Below, piece after piece: positions 1-8,461 of a stretch of DNA of 50,542 nt; within the stretch, counting starts at the first letter, position 1; each line of letters starts with the position of its first letter. Position numbers and translations under genes: made by a program. This DNA comes from an uncultured Bacteroides sp. (lineage in GTDB: Bacteria > Bacteroidota > Bacteroidia > Bacteroidales > Bacteroidaceae): contig CAYSOW010000002.1 of the NCBI GenBank assembly GCA_964432715.1, positions 1 to 50,542 of the forward strand, in the 5' to 3' direction. The notes below the pieces were generated by a model. That model saw nothing but the letters and a program-made list of their open reading frames with translations, was not told the DNA's origin and made no database searches.

Positions 1-250
1 TTTGATTTTATTTCATACCCTGCAAATAAAATCATTTTCGGGGAGAATTCCTAATTATCAACGAGAAATGAAAAAGATAAGCATCTTCGCCCTATTGAGA
101 TTACAAGTCAACTACCTATTGCAAGTTCTTCATTATGCCTCATTCACGACAAGTTTGAAGAATTAATAGCAAATTATTAAGGAAACACTCTTTTTATTCA
201 TAAAAAACAATTAGTTTTGTAGAGACATTAAACTTAAATCGATACCGAAC

Positions 251-610
251 ATGACAAATCTCAGTAACGAAGCTTTTGCTGTAATGGCAGTTTGCCCGGA
301 GGCAAAGAAACACTACGGAATAACAGTAGACTATCTCACAAGAAATAGTCTCAAGCTTGTATGGGCTTTCAAAGTAGATCCAGAGAAAGCACACAGAGAG
401 GGTTATGACGAGAAAAATGTAAATGGTAGCATTACTCTAGACGACAATTATCCGGGATGTCCTTATTGTAAATCAAAACAACTTTTTTTCTGTTCATGCG
501 GTGCGATAATGTGCTGGCATGGTCAACGAGTTGTTACCTGTTCCAAATGCGGTGCATCAGGAGAGATTTCATCTATTTCACAAGTAAACCTTAAAGGTGG
601 AGGATTCTAG
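251..610 (+). CDS. Solo TerY-C metal-binding domain protein
   Basis: PGCPYC...FFCSCGAIMC...TCSKCG cysteine pattern typical of TerY-C; lies near the TerY vWA gene. Confidence 0.75.
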   Translation: MTNLSNEAFAVMAVCPEAKKHYGITVDYLTRNSLKLVWAFKVDPEKAHREGYDEKNVNGSITLDDNYPGCPYCKSKQLFFCSCGAIMCWHGQRVVTCSKCGASGEISSISQVNLKGGGF

Positions 611-612
611 CT

Positions 613-1800
613 ATGGGTAAAGGCTTATTTTTCTTTATAGCAATCATACTAATATTCTACGCTTTCTCAGCTATTGCCATCGGAATAGTTGCCATCATAA
701 TTCTTGTGCCATTGATTTGGGGTATACTCGAAATAGTTATCAAGATAAAAGACTCCAAAGAAATAAATTCATCAAAGAAACATTTATACGACCAATTATG
801 CAAGAAGTTTTCACTTGAAGACACATACAAAAAGAACGATATTGATTTTAAAATTTCAAGAGCTATATGGAGAGGGTTCCTACAGAAGAAATCAAACGAT
901 CTAAACGAGTCATTCGATGATATGTTATCAATTATACAGAATTCCTTTACAAGTTCTTCTATATGGCACTGCGAAAGATTTGAGCAGCCAAACGTTCCTA
1001 AATTTGCAAATAGCATTAGCCGGATAAATGCATCATTTAACCGTGATAAATTTATGAGATTAAGAGAATTTGGAGACATTTCCACATTCTGCATAATTGG
1101 GAAAGGGATTGAATTCCATGTCTTTCCACATATATGTATAATTAAATCAGGCATCAATTACGACGTCGTAGACATAAATGACATCACACTTGAAAACTTA
1201 GGTTCATTAACCATCGTAGAAAATGCAAAAGAGATAGTAAAAGGCAACACTCCTTCTTACTACACATACTTACATCAACGTGTAAACGGAGAGCCCGACA
1301 GACGATACAGTTATAATCCGTCATACCCAGTCTATCACTATGGCGGTCTTTCCTTGACATGTAAAAAGTCATATACATTTATTATTGCTGATGAATCCTT
1401 AGCCCTCAACATAATCCAATCATTTACAGATTATAAAGATGCTTTTAATGGAGCCTTATCGAAAGACCAATACGACATTCAACATTGTTCCGTATCAAGT
1501 GACGAATATGCGAGCCTGATACGTCAGCTATTGAAAGAAAATGGGAATAGCTTCATAAAGTCCAAGAAATTTATCGCATTTCTTAGTGATTATAAAGTAT
1601 TCAAGGAGAAGCCCTGTCTCAAATCAGTACTCATGGAACTGACGAACAAATCAACTTGGGACGAGATTCTTGACTCAGGATGTTCATTTAGTACATTAAA
1701 CAAGATAAAAGATAAGTTTGTATCCTCCAATAGCTACAAAGAAGAAGAGGCTACAGAAGCTTTTGCATATATAGCATACGGACTAGGAATTAAATTTTAA
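613..1800 (+). CDS. Membrane-anchored protein with PH-like central domain (DUF4236-associated type) and C-terminal helical domain
   Basis: N-terminal hydrophobic helices; motif YLHQRVNGEPDRRYSYNPSYPVYHYGGL resembles the WxYxNKxGxPDRRFxxNxxxP motif. Confidence 0.5.
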   Translation: MGKGLFFFIAIILIFYAFSAIAIGIVAIIILVPLIWGILEIVIKIKDSKEINSSKKHLYDQLCKKFSLEDTYKKNDIDFKISRAIWRGFLQKKSNDLNESFDDMLSIIQNSFTSSSIWHCERFEQPNVPKFANSISRINASFNRDKFMRLREFGDISTFCIIGKGIEFHVFPHICIIKSGINYDVVDINDITLENLGSLTIVENAKEIVKGNTPSYYTYLHQRVNGEPDRRYSYNPSYPVYHYGGLSLTCKKSYTFIIADESLALNIIQSFTDYKDAFNGALSKDQYDIQHCSVSSDEYASLIRQLLKENGNSFIKSKKFIAFLSDYKVFKEKPCLKSVLMELTNKSTWDEILDSGCSFSTLNKIKDKFVSSNSYKEEEATEAFAYIAYGLGIKF

Positions 1801-1804
1801 AATT

Positions 1805-3073
1805 ATGACAGAACTTAAGCCAGGAACAAAGATATCGCTAACTTCCGGTGGCCAAGTTTCCATTATAAAAGAACTTGGCCGTGGAGGACAAGGTATTGTA
1901 TATCTTGTTGATTTGAAAGGCGAAAAGAAAGCTTTAAAATGGTATATCAATCCACCAGATGATAAGTTCTACAAGAACTTACAGATGAACATACAGAATG
2001 GAGCACCATCTGATGCATTCCTATGGCCGGAGTATTTAACGCTACGCCAAAACGGGAGCTATGGGTATGTAATGAAGTTGCGCCCGCAAAATTACTTCGA
2101 GTTTGGCAACTTTTTACTCGCAAAGAAATCGTTTAAATCATTCACTGCAATGTTTGCAGCCGCAATGAAAATATGCGATGGATTTATGATGTTACACAGA
2201 GTCGGCTACAGCTATCAGGATTTGAATGACGGAAACTTCTTCATTGACCCAATTACAGGAGACGTCCTTATCTGCGATAACGACAACGTAATGCCACAAG
2301 GCGAAAAGTCAGGAATAATGGGCAAGGCACGTTATATGGCTCCGGAAATTGTCGCCGGTGGAATACCTGATAAATACAGTGACCGATTCTCTTTAACCGT
2401 CATTTTATTTATGCTATTCTATGCGAACCACCCGTTTGAAGGTGCAAAAGTAGTTGCATGTCCTTGTATGACAGAATCTTTCGAAAAGAAATTCTACGGA
2501 AGCGAAGCTCTATTTATCTACGATAAAGAAGACAATTCCAATCGTCCGGTACGAGGTATTCATACAAATGTTATTCGTAGGTGGCCTGCATTTCCAGCAA
2601 AACTTCGCGAAACGTTTGAACAAGAATTAGGTCAAGAATGTCTAAGGGATCCACGGAAACGAATGATTGAATCACAATGGGAAAAAATCATAGCTTCCAT
2701 TCGCGACGAGTTAATTTGTTGTCCATTCTGTGGAGAAGAAACTTTCGCAGAAACAGAGCCTAATGCGCAATGCATGGAATGCGGTAAGTCTATTGACGTT
2801 TCAAATCAGATCATCATAGGATCACGAAATATCATCCTTACCAAAGGCACAAAGATATATATTGATAATGATAACACACCTGATTGTGAAGTTGTCGTAC
2901 ATCCTAAAGACCCGGCAAGACTTCTTCTTAAGAATATATCTGAAACAAAGTGGACAGCCGAGACTCCTAGTGGGAAACTAAAAGAAGTTGAGCCAGGGAA
3001 TATGATGCCAATCAACCCCGGCATTAAAGTTTCATTTTACTCAACTTACAAAGGTGAAATTGTAAAGAAATAA
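1805..3073 (+). CDS. Ser/Thr protein kinase of TerY-P triad (YegI-like) with Zn ribbon and FHA-like C-terminus
   Basis: LGRGGQGIVY Gly loop, ALKWY, YQDLNDGNF catalytic loop, CDNDN, YMAPE, SDRFSL; CPFC...CMEC. Confidence 0.9.
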   Translation: MTELKPGTKISLTSGGQVSIIKELGRGGQGIVYLVDLKGEKKALKWYINPPDDKFYKNLQMNIQNGAPSDAFLWPEYLTLRQNGSYGYVMKLRPQNYFEFGNFLLAKKSFKSFTAMFAAAMKICDGFMMLHRVGYSYQDLNDGNFFIDPITGDVLICDNDNVMPQGEKSGIMGKARYMAPEIVAGGIPDKYSDRFSLTVILFMLFYANHPFEGAKVVACPCMTESFEKKFYGSEALFIYDKEDNSNRPVRGIHTNVIRRWPAFPAKLRETFEQELGQECLRDPRKRMIESQWEKIIASIRDELICCPFCGEETFAETEPNAQCMECGKSIDVSNQIIIGSRNIILTKGTKIYIDNDNTPDCEVVVHPKDPARLLLKNISETKWTAETPSGKLKEVEPGNMMPINPGIKVSFYSTYKGEIVKK

Positions 3074-3093
3074 ACCATTAAAAACATTATAAC

Positions 3094-3834
3094 ATGTCAC
3101 TTTTAGATGAAACCGTCAGCGTTCCGCGCAGAACCATGACACTATTCTTCCTCATTGATACCTCCGGCTCAATGGAAGGAAACAAAATCGGAGCAGTTAA
3201 CGATGCAGTAGTCAACGTACTTCCACTACTCAACGAAATTTCAGCTGAAAACCCAGACGCTGAAATTAAAGTTGCAGCACTTGAGTTCTCAAGTGGTACA
3301 AATTGGTTATACTCAGAGCCGAAACTCGCATCAGAGTTCCTTTGGCAAGATGTAACAGCCGGAGGTCTCACCTCTCTTGGAGCTGCTTGCATCGAACTTT
3401 CGAACAAGTTATCTCGTAGTGGATACATGAAATCAGCAAGTGGTTCGTTTGCTCCTGCAATCATACTGCTTTCTGATGGTGGTCCAACAGATGACTTCGA
3501 AAACGGATTGAACAAACTTAAAGCAAACAATTGGTTTAAAGCCGCCATCAAAGTTGCCATTGCCATTGGTGATGATGCCGACAAAGATGTTCTCAAACAA
3601 TTTGCCGGTAATAGTGAAGCTGTTTTTACCGTTCACAACATTGATGCATTAAAACAAATCATCCGTGTCGTGGCCGTCACATCATCACAAATAGGGAGCA
3701 AGAGCAGCACGGCCGGAGACACGACCAAACAAGACCAAGTTATTGAAGAAGTAAAGGGCGCAGTCGAAAACATTGATGGTGCGGAAGTGGCCACTAAAGT
3801 CGACAGCAGTTCTTATGATGATGATTGGGATTAA
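3094..3834 (+). CDS. terY: TerY-like vWA domain protein
   Basis: RRTMTLFFLIDTSGSM MIDAS, GGLTSLG, LLSDGGPTD. Confidence 0.9.
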   Translation: MSLLDETVSVPRRTMTLFFLIDTSGSMEGNKIGAVNDAVVNVLPLLNEISAENPDAEIKVAALEFSSGTNWLYSEPKLASEFLWQDVTAGGLTSLGAACIELSNKLSRSGYMKSASGSFAPAIILLSDGGPTDDFENGLNKLKANNWFKAAIKVAIAIGDDADKDVLKQFAGNSEAVFTVHNIDALKQIIRVVAVTSSQIGSKSSTAGDTTKQDQVIEEVKGAVENIDGAEVATKVDSSSYDDDWD

Positions 3835-5057
3835 TGACTACACGGCATATTAATTTTTCCTGCCAAGGAGAAAGTCATAAGGCTACTAACAAAGTATGTC
3901 AAGACTATTCTTATAGCGCTGTCTATGAGAATGGTCTAGCTATTGCTATTGTCTGCGATGGACACGGTGGTCAAAGATATTTCAGAAGTGATGTTGGCGC
4001 GAGATTTGCCGCGGAAATTACAGAAAAGAATATTTTATTCTTTGTTGACAACATAGACAAATCTTTATTCATGGAAAAACCATACACAGCAGTTTCATCT
4101 ATTGCCACACAGGTGGACCATGCAGAGTTCAACAAAGAGAATGCCATTGATAAAGCACTACGTCAGCTCTTTTCTTCTATCATATTTGATTGGTCGATTC
4201 AAATCAAAGAGCACGCAGCCAACACGCCCCTCACTGAGACAGAGAAAGCATCTGGCATTAAAGCAGAGTGGATTGATGATTTTAACGCAGGAAATTCACT
4301 AGAGAAAGTCTATGGTTGCACCTTAATGGTACATGTCCAGACTCCAGATTATTGGTTTTCATTTCATATCGGAGACGGAAAATGCATTTCATTTGACAAC
4401 AATGCAAATTGGAAAGAGCCAATACCCTGGGATGATCGTTGTTTTCTAAACAAAACCACTTCGCTATGCGATGCACAAGCCATTGAAGAGTTTCGCTATT
4501 GCTATCAAGGGAACAAGGAGTTCCCGGTTGCAGTATTCCTAGCTTCTGACGGTATTGACGATTCTTTCGGTGCAGAAGAGAATATGGTCAACTTTTACGT
4601 TCAAATTCTCAAAAAGCTAAAAGCCTCAACAAACGAGGAAGTGTACGAAGAGTTGGCGACAACGCTGCCACAACTCAGCAAGATAGGGAGTCAGGATGAT
4701 ATGTCCATCTCGCTCATTTATGATAGCGAGCGTATTGCAGCCATCTATCCGAAACTACTTGAATGGCAGATTAAATCAACGAAAGCCGCTATTGACGCCA
4801 TTAACAGTAAGATTGTTGATGATAGGAATTTAATTTCATCCATAGAGCAATCCGATAAGCTAACGACCAAATCAAAAATTGACCTTGATTATGCGACGAC
4901 AGACTTAAACCGATTATACGCGGATAAGATAAAACTGATTAAACGCATAGATGTAGTCTCACAAGAATTATATGGTAAAAACTTTAATCCATACACCGAT
5001 GATGTTGGGACAGAAACTACGGACACAAAAGAGGATATAATAAGGAGAGACTCGTAG
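3834..5057 (+). CDS. PP2C-family protein phosphatase of TerY-P triad with C-terminal helical extension
   Basis: GESH...CQD, VCDGHGG, HIGDG, LASDGI, QDDMS; ATG overlaps the terY stop (TAATG). Confidence 0.9.
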   Translation: MTTRHINFSCQGESHKATNKVCQDYSYSAVYENGLAIAIVCDGHGGQRYFRSDVGARFAAEITEKNILFFVDNIDKSLFMEKPYTAVSSIATQVDHAEFNKENAIDKALRQLFSSIIFDWSIQIKEHAANTPLTETEKASGIKAEWIDDFNAGNSLEKVYGCTLMVHVQTPDYWFSFHIGDGKCISFDNNANWKEPIPWDDRCFLNKTTSLCDAQAIEEFRYCYQGNKEFPVAVFLASDGIDDSFGAEENMVNFYVQILKKLKASTNEEVYEELATTLPQLSKIGSQDDMSISLIYDSERIAAIYPKLLEWQIKSTKAAIDAINSKIVDDRNLISSIEQSDKLTTKSKIDLDYATTDLNRLYADKIKLIKRIDVVSQELYGKNFNPYTDDVGTETTDTKEDIIRRDS

Positions 5058-5084
5058 ATATACAACAACAAGAAGATTATAATT

Positions 5085-6182
5085 ATGGCAACATGTAAGT
5101 ATTGCGGTCAACCTGCAGGCTTGTTTTCTCGAGTGCACAAAGAGTGCGAAGAGAAACACAGAAGTGGAATACAAGGATTGAGCAGAATGCTCCATAAGTA
5201 TTTCTCAGGGGCAATATCTGCCCAAGATATGGGAACGAAAATACAAAAGAACCGTCTTCCATACCATCTTAGCAACGAAGATATTGCAGAAGTATCCGCT
5301 TCCGTAATAAACGATTATGCATCAACCTTACATCGTCCTTTTACGCAACAGACACTCATTCTGATAAAGGATTTCTTAAAAAATATAGGGGTGCCATACA
5401 CGTTAATTAATAAGAACGGAGTGCTTGACGACCTTGGTCAAAAACTTTTTCAGGGATTCTCCGTAGAATATTTTGCACAAGGAGTACCGATGAGTCAAGT
5501 TGCCATTAACACAGCATCTGTCATATCCATACTACCGTTAAGCAGTCAGAAGAAAGAGGAAGCATATATGAATGTTCTGAATAAGGCAGCATCCAACTTC
5601 ATGAAAGGAGGAATGTTAAGCGACAATGAAGAACGACTTATCTCTTCATATGCTAATAGCATCGGAATATCGTTAAACGACCTTCCTGAGCAATATGCTT
5701 CGGAAGATTTATCCAAAATTGGTCAAGCAATTGTGCTTAAAGGATTAAGTCAAGGAAAGCTACCACAACAACCACTAACAGTTCCAGTGATACTCAGCAA
5801 AGGAGAATGTGTATTATGGGTTTATGACCGTGTGACCCTCTATCAGGAAAAAGTAGAACGAGAATATAGAGGAAGAAGCGGAGGTTTTAGTTTTAGAGTC
5901 TGTAAAGGGGTTACATATCGCACCGGACAGTTCCGCGGACGTCCCATTGAGCATAGTTACATGGACTTAGTTAGCGTTGGTTCTTTGGTTATCACGAACA
6001 AGAATCTCATATTCCACAGCCCAACATCAAGTTTAAAGATACCATTTAACAAAATTGTCGGTGTGTCTCCATACTCTGATGGGCTAGAAGTGCATAAAGA
6101 TGGAGCTGGATCCAAACGCACTGTTTTTCAAGGATTTGATAGTTTGTTCGTAATGAACGTGCTTAACCAAATGACCGTATAG
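5085..6182 (+). CDS. Zn-finger + TerB-like helical + PH-like domain protein
   Basis: CKYC...HKEC; GGMLSDNEERLISSYANSIG; GSLVITNKNLIF...KIPFNKI. Confidence 0.55.
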   Translation: MATCKYCGQPAGLFSRVHKECEEKHRSGIQGLSRMLHKYFSGAISAQDMGTKIQKNRLPYHLSNEDIAEVSASVINDYASTLHRPFTQQTLILIKDFLKNIGVPYTLINKNGVLDDLGQKLFQGFSVEYFAQGVPMSQVAINTASVISILPLSSQKKEEAYMNVLNKAASNFMKGGMLSDNEERLISSYANSIGISLNDLPEQYASEDLSKIGQAIVLKGLSQGKLPQQPLTVPVILSKGECVLWVYDRVTLYQEKVEREYRGRSGGFSFRVCKGVTYRTGQFRGRPIEHSYMDLVSVGSLVITNKNLIFHSPTSSLKIPFNKIVGVSPYSDGLEVHKDGAGSKRTVFQGFDSLFVMNVLNQMTV

Positions 6183-6219
6183 CTTACAAAGTATTACGTA
6201 TAACATTTAAACGAAGTTT

Positions 6220-8307
6220 TTGAATATGCTTACACCCAAGAAATCAGGAGGTTTACATTCAAGCCACACTCCCGTATCAAGATTTTTTGTTTACCTCAAG
6301 AACAAATTAAAGTTTTCAAGATGTGGACAAAGGATATTGATTAACAAGGCGGCTACCTACTTTGTGTCTTCACAAATCAACGATAAACTTCGCGATGCTC
6401 TTCAGACGATTATTAACAAGCAAGGTATCGCATCATTGACTCGGCCCCAATGTATAAATACACTTTCAGACATTTATAATTTTTCGTTGGAAATTGATTC
6501 AAAAAAATTTATAGTGGAATTCTTTAGGAGTGGCATACTAAACGAGTTTATCGCTTTACAGCACGATAAAATTGGAACGTTACAACAAGCATACATTCAT
6601 TTAAAGAACAATCCTTACCACAGCTATAATTCGGAACTCGTTAGAAATACAGTTCTAACCATTATTTCAGCGACCTCAAACATCTCACACGACGATATTC
6701 TGAAATTTTCAAAATGTACCCCATCTGCTAAAAAAAGGATAGGGAATTCTTCTTTGGACAACAAATCAAATAGTTCATCAAACAACTTTAAATTAATTCT
6801 CTCTTTTATTATTGGATTACTACTATTGTATGGAGGTACCATTTTTTACTTATACATATTCACAGGATGTTGGCTATTTTTCATTGTACTTATTACAGGA
6901 TTTATTCATTTGGGATACATTGTGAATATAACAAATGATTCTGGTCTCATCCTCATGAGCAATTCAGGCGAAAGAGAAAGGACGAAAGCAGCTATATTCC
7001 CAGTTTGTATCGGCATGTTGCTTAATGCATTCATAGGATTTTTGTTTTTCTCCGATTATTTCTGTTCTTTGATTTGTAGTTATGTATTTGACGACATATC
7101 GGAGGGAATTCTTCAGAAATGCTACGACTTTTTATTTGGAGATTATATAAGTTGTGATGAATCAGAGAGTGTTATTACCAAAATGCTTTTAGCCGTTGAT
7201 ATATTCTTCTTAAGCAGTATGATTTTGGATGCCTACACTTCTTTTACCGGAAGTAAGACTGTTAACTTTAAAAAACATACAAAGTTACTATTAAGAACTT
7301 CTATTATCACCATCATAGGATATATAATTCTTTTTAGCATACCAGCAATAAACAGAGCCTGGGGAAAAATCGAATATGCAAGATTATTAAATGCAATAAA
7401 ACAAGATGTTATAGCAACAATTAACTTAAATGAGCAATTGCGATCTTCTCGAGATAATTTATGCCCTGAACTATCATTCAAAGGCACCAAACTTGATATG
7501 TTATTTGCAAATATAGATTCGACTAATAATAAATTTCACTGTGGAACATATCGTCTACCAATTCGAGCAGATTATTCAAACGTCTATGAAATTGACAAGA
7601 GTCTCGATATAACAGTTATAGATAGACATATAAAATCTCTTCACGAGAACATTTATAACAGTTATAATTATGACTACAAAGCTAATGAAGGAGATACACA
7701 ATCTAAACTTGCCGATACGTTTGAAGAAGCAACAATGAATTTTCGTACCGCCTTAAAAACAGACATTATCGGCATGATGAATGACTTTCAAGTCAATTTT
7801 GACAACAAAGAAGCTCGAGTTTACATCTTCGAGAACAAGGGGAAAGTAGGGGCCATTCTAGTTAAAGTATATTCATCTAATACGGATTCTTTTTTCACAT
7901 TCTCAAAAAGACTATATTCATCCAATACAGATTCTATTTACACATCCTTAAAAGAACTATATTCACAGAAATATGGAATTGCTGAACAAATTCCGAAATT
8001 CTCGAATGATTCTAAAGAAGAAATCTATTGGACATTCAAAAACGGGACAATTTATATAACGGATCATACAATTTTATATATATCATCCTCTTTCATTAGC
8101 CAATTAAAAAAACAAAGTGATTTATTCAAGCAAGAAAGGGCACGTCTCAAAGAAGAGGCTATAGAGAAACAAAGACTTGAACAAGAAGCTGCTGAACGCA
8201 AAAGGCAACAAGAATATAGAGAGGCCGAGCGTAAAAAGCAACAACAAGAACAAGTCGAAAAAGAGAAACGAGAAGCTAATCACAAGAAGGCGTTCAATGA
8301 AATCTGA
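6220..8307 (+). CDS. Multi-pass membrane protein with C-terminal charged coiled coil (start uncertain; GTG at 6364 possible)
   Basis: Long ORF, several hydrophobic segments, E/K/Q/R-rich tail. Confidence 0.6.
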   Translation: MNMLTPKKSGGLHSSHTPVSRFFVYLKNKLKFSRCGQRILINKAATYFVSSQINDKLRDALQTIINKQGIASLTRPQCINTLSDIYNFSLEIDSKKFIVEFFRSGILNEFIALQHDKIGTLQQAYIHLKNNPYHSYNSELVRNTVLTIISATSNISHDDILKFSKCTPSAKKRIGNSSLDNKSNSSSNNFKLILSFIIGLLLLYGGTIFYLYIFTGCWLFFIVLITGFIHLGYIVNITNDSGLILMSNSGERERTKAAIFPVCIGMLLNAFIGFLFFSDYFCSLICSYVFDDISEGILQKCYDFLFGDYISCDESESVITKMLLAVDIFFLSSMILDAYTSFTGSKTVNFKKHTKLLLRTSIITIIGYIILFSIPAINRAWGKIEYARLLNAIKQDVIATINLNEQLRSSRDNLCPELSFKGTKLDMLFANIDSTNNKFHCGTYRLPIRADYSNVYEIDKSLDITVIDRHIKSLHENIYNSYNYDYKANEGDTQSKLADTFEEATMNFRTALKTDIIGMMNDFQVNFDNKEARVYIFENKGKVGAILVKVYSSNTDSFFTFSKRLYSSNTDSIYTSLKELYSQKYGIAEQIPKFSNDSKEEIYWTFKNGTIYITDHTILYISSSFISQLKKQSDLFKQERARLKEEAIEKQRLEQEAAERKRQQEYREAERKKQQQEQVEKEKREANHKKAFNEI

Positions 8308-8363
8308 ATCAAGAGTAAGTTTGAAAATATCATTGCTTGAGATACAAATTGCGAACACCAAAT

Positions 8364-8394
8364 TTTGAATTATAGAAAAGTTATATCACCTTTG
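8364..8394 (+). promoter_or_regulatory. Bacteroidetes sigma-A-type promoter
   Basis: TTTG (8364) + 19 nt + CACCTTTG (8387). Confidence 0.45.
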
Positions 8395-8461
8395 CACAAG
8401 GAGTCAAATTTAGCTTAACCGTGAAGATTGACTTCGATAACAATATAAAAGAAAAGACAGA

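Noticed and set aside
1-180. Tail of an upstream CDS
   Set aside because: Frame 1 has a stop at 52-54 and frame 2 is open only to ~166; no recognisable motif, so it cannot be assigned
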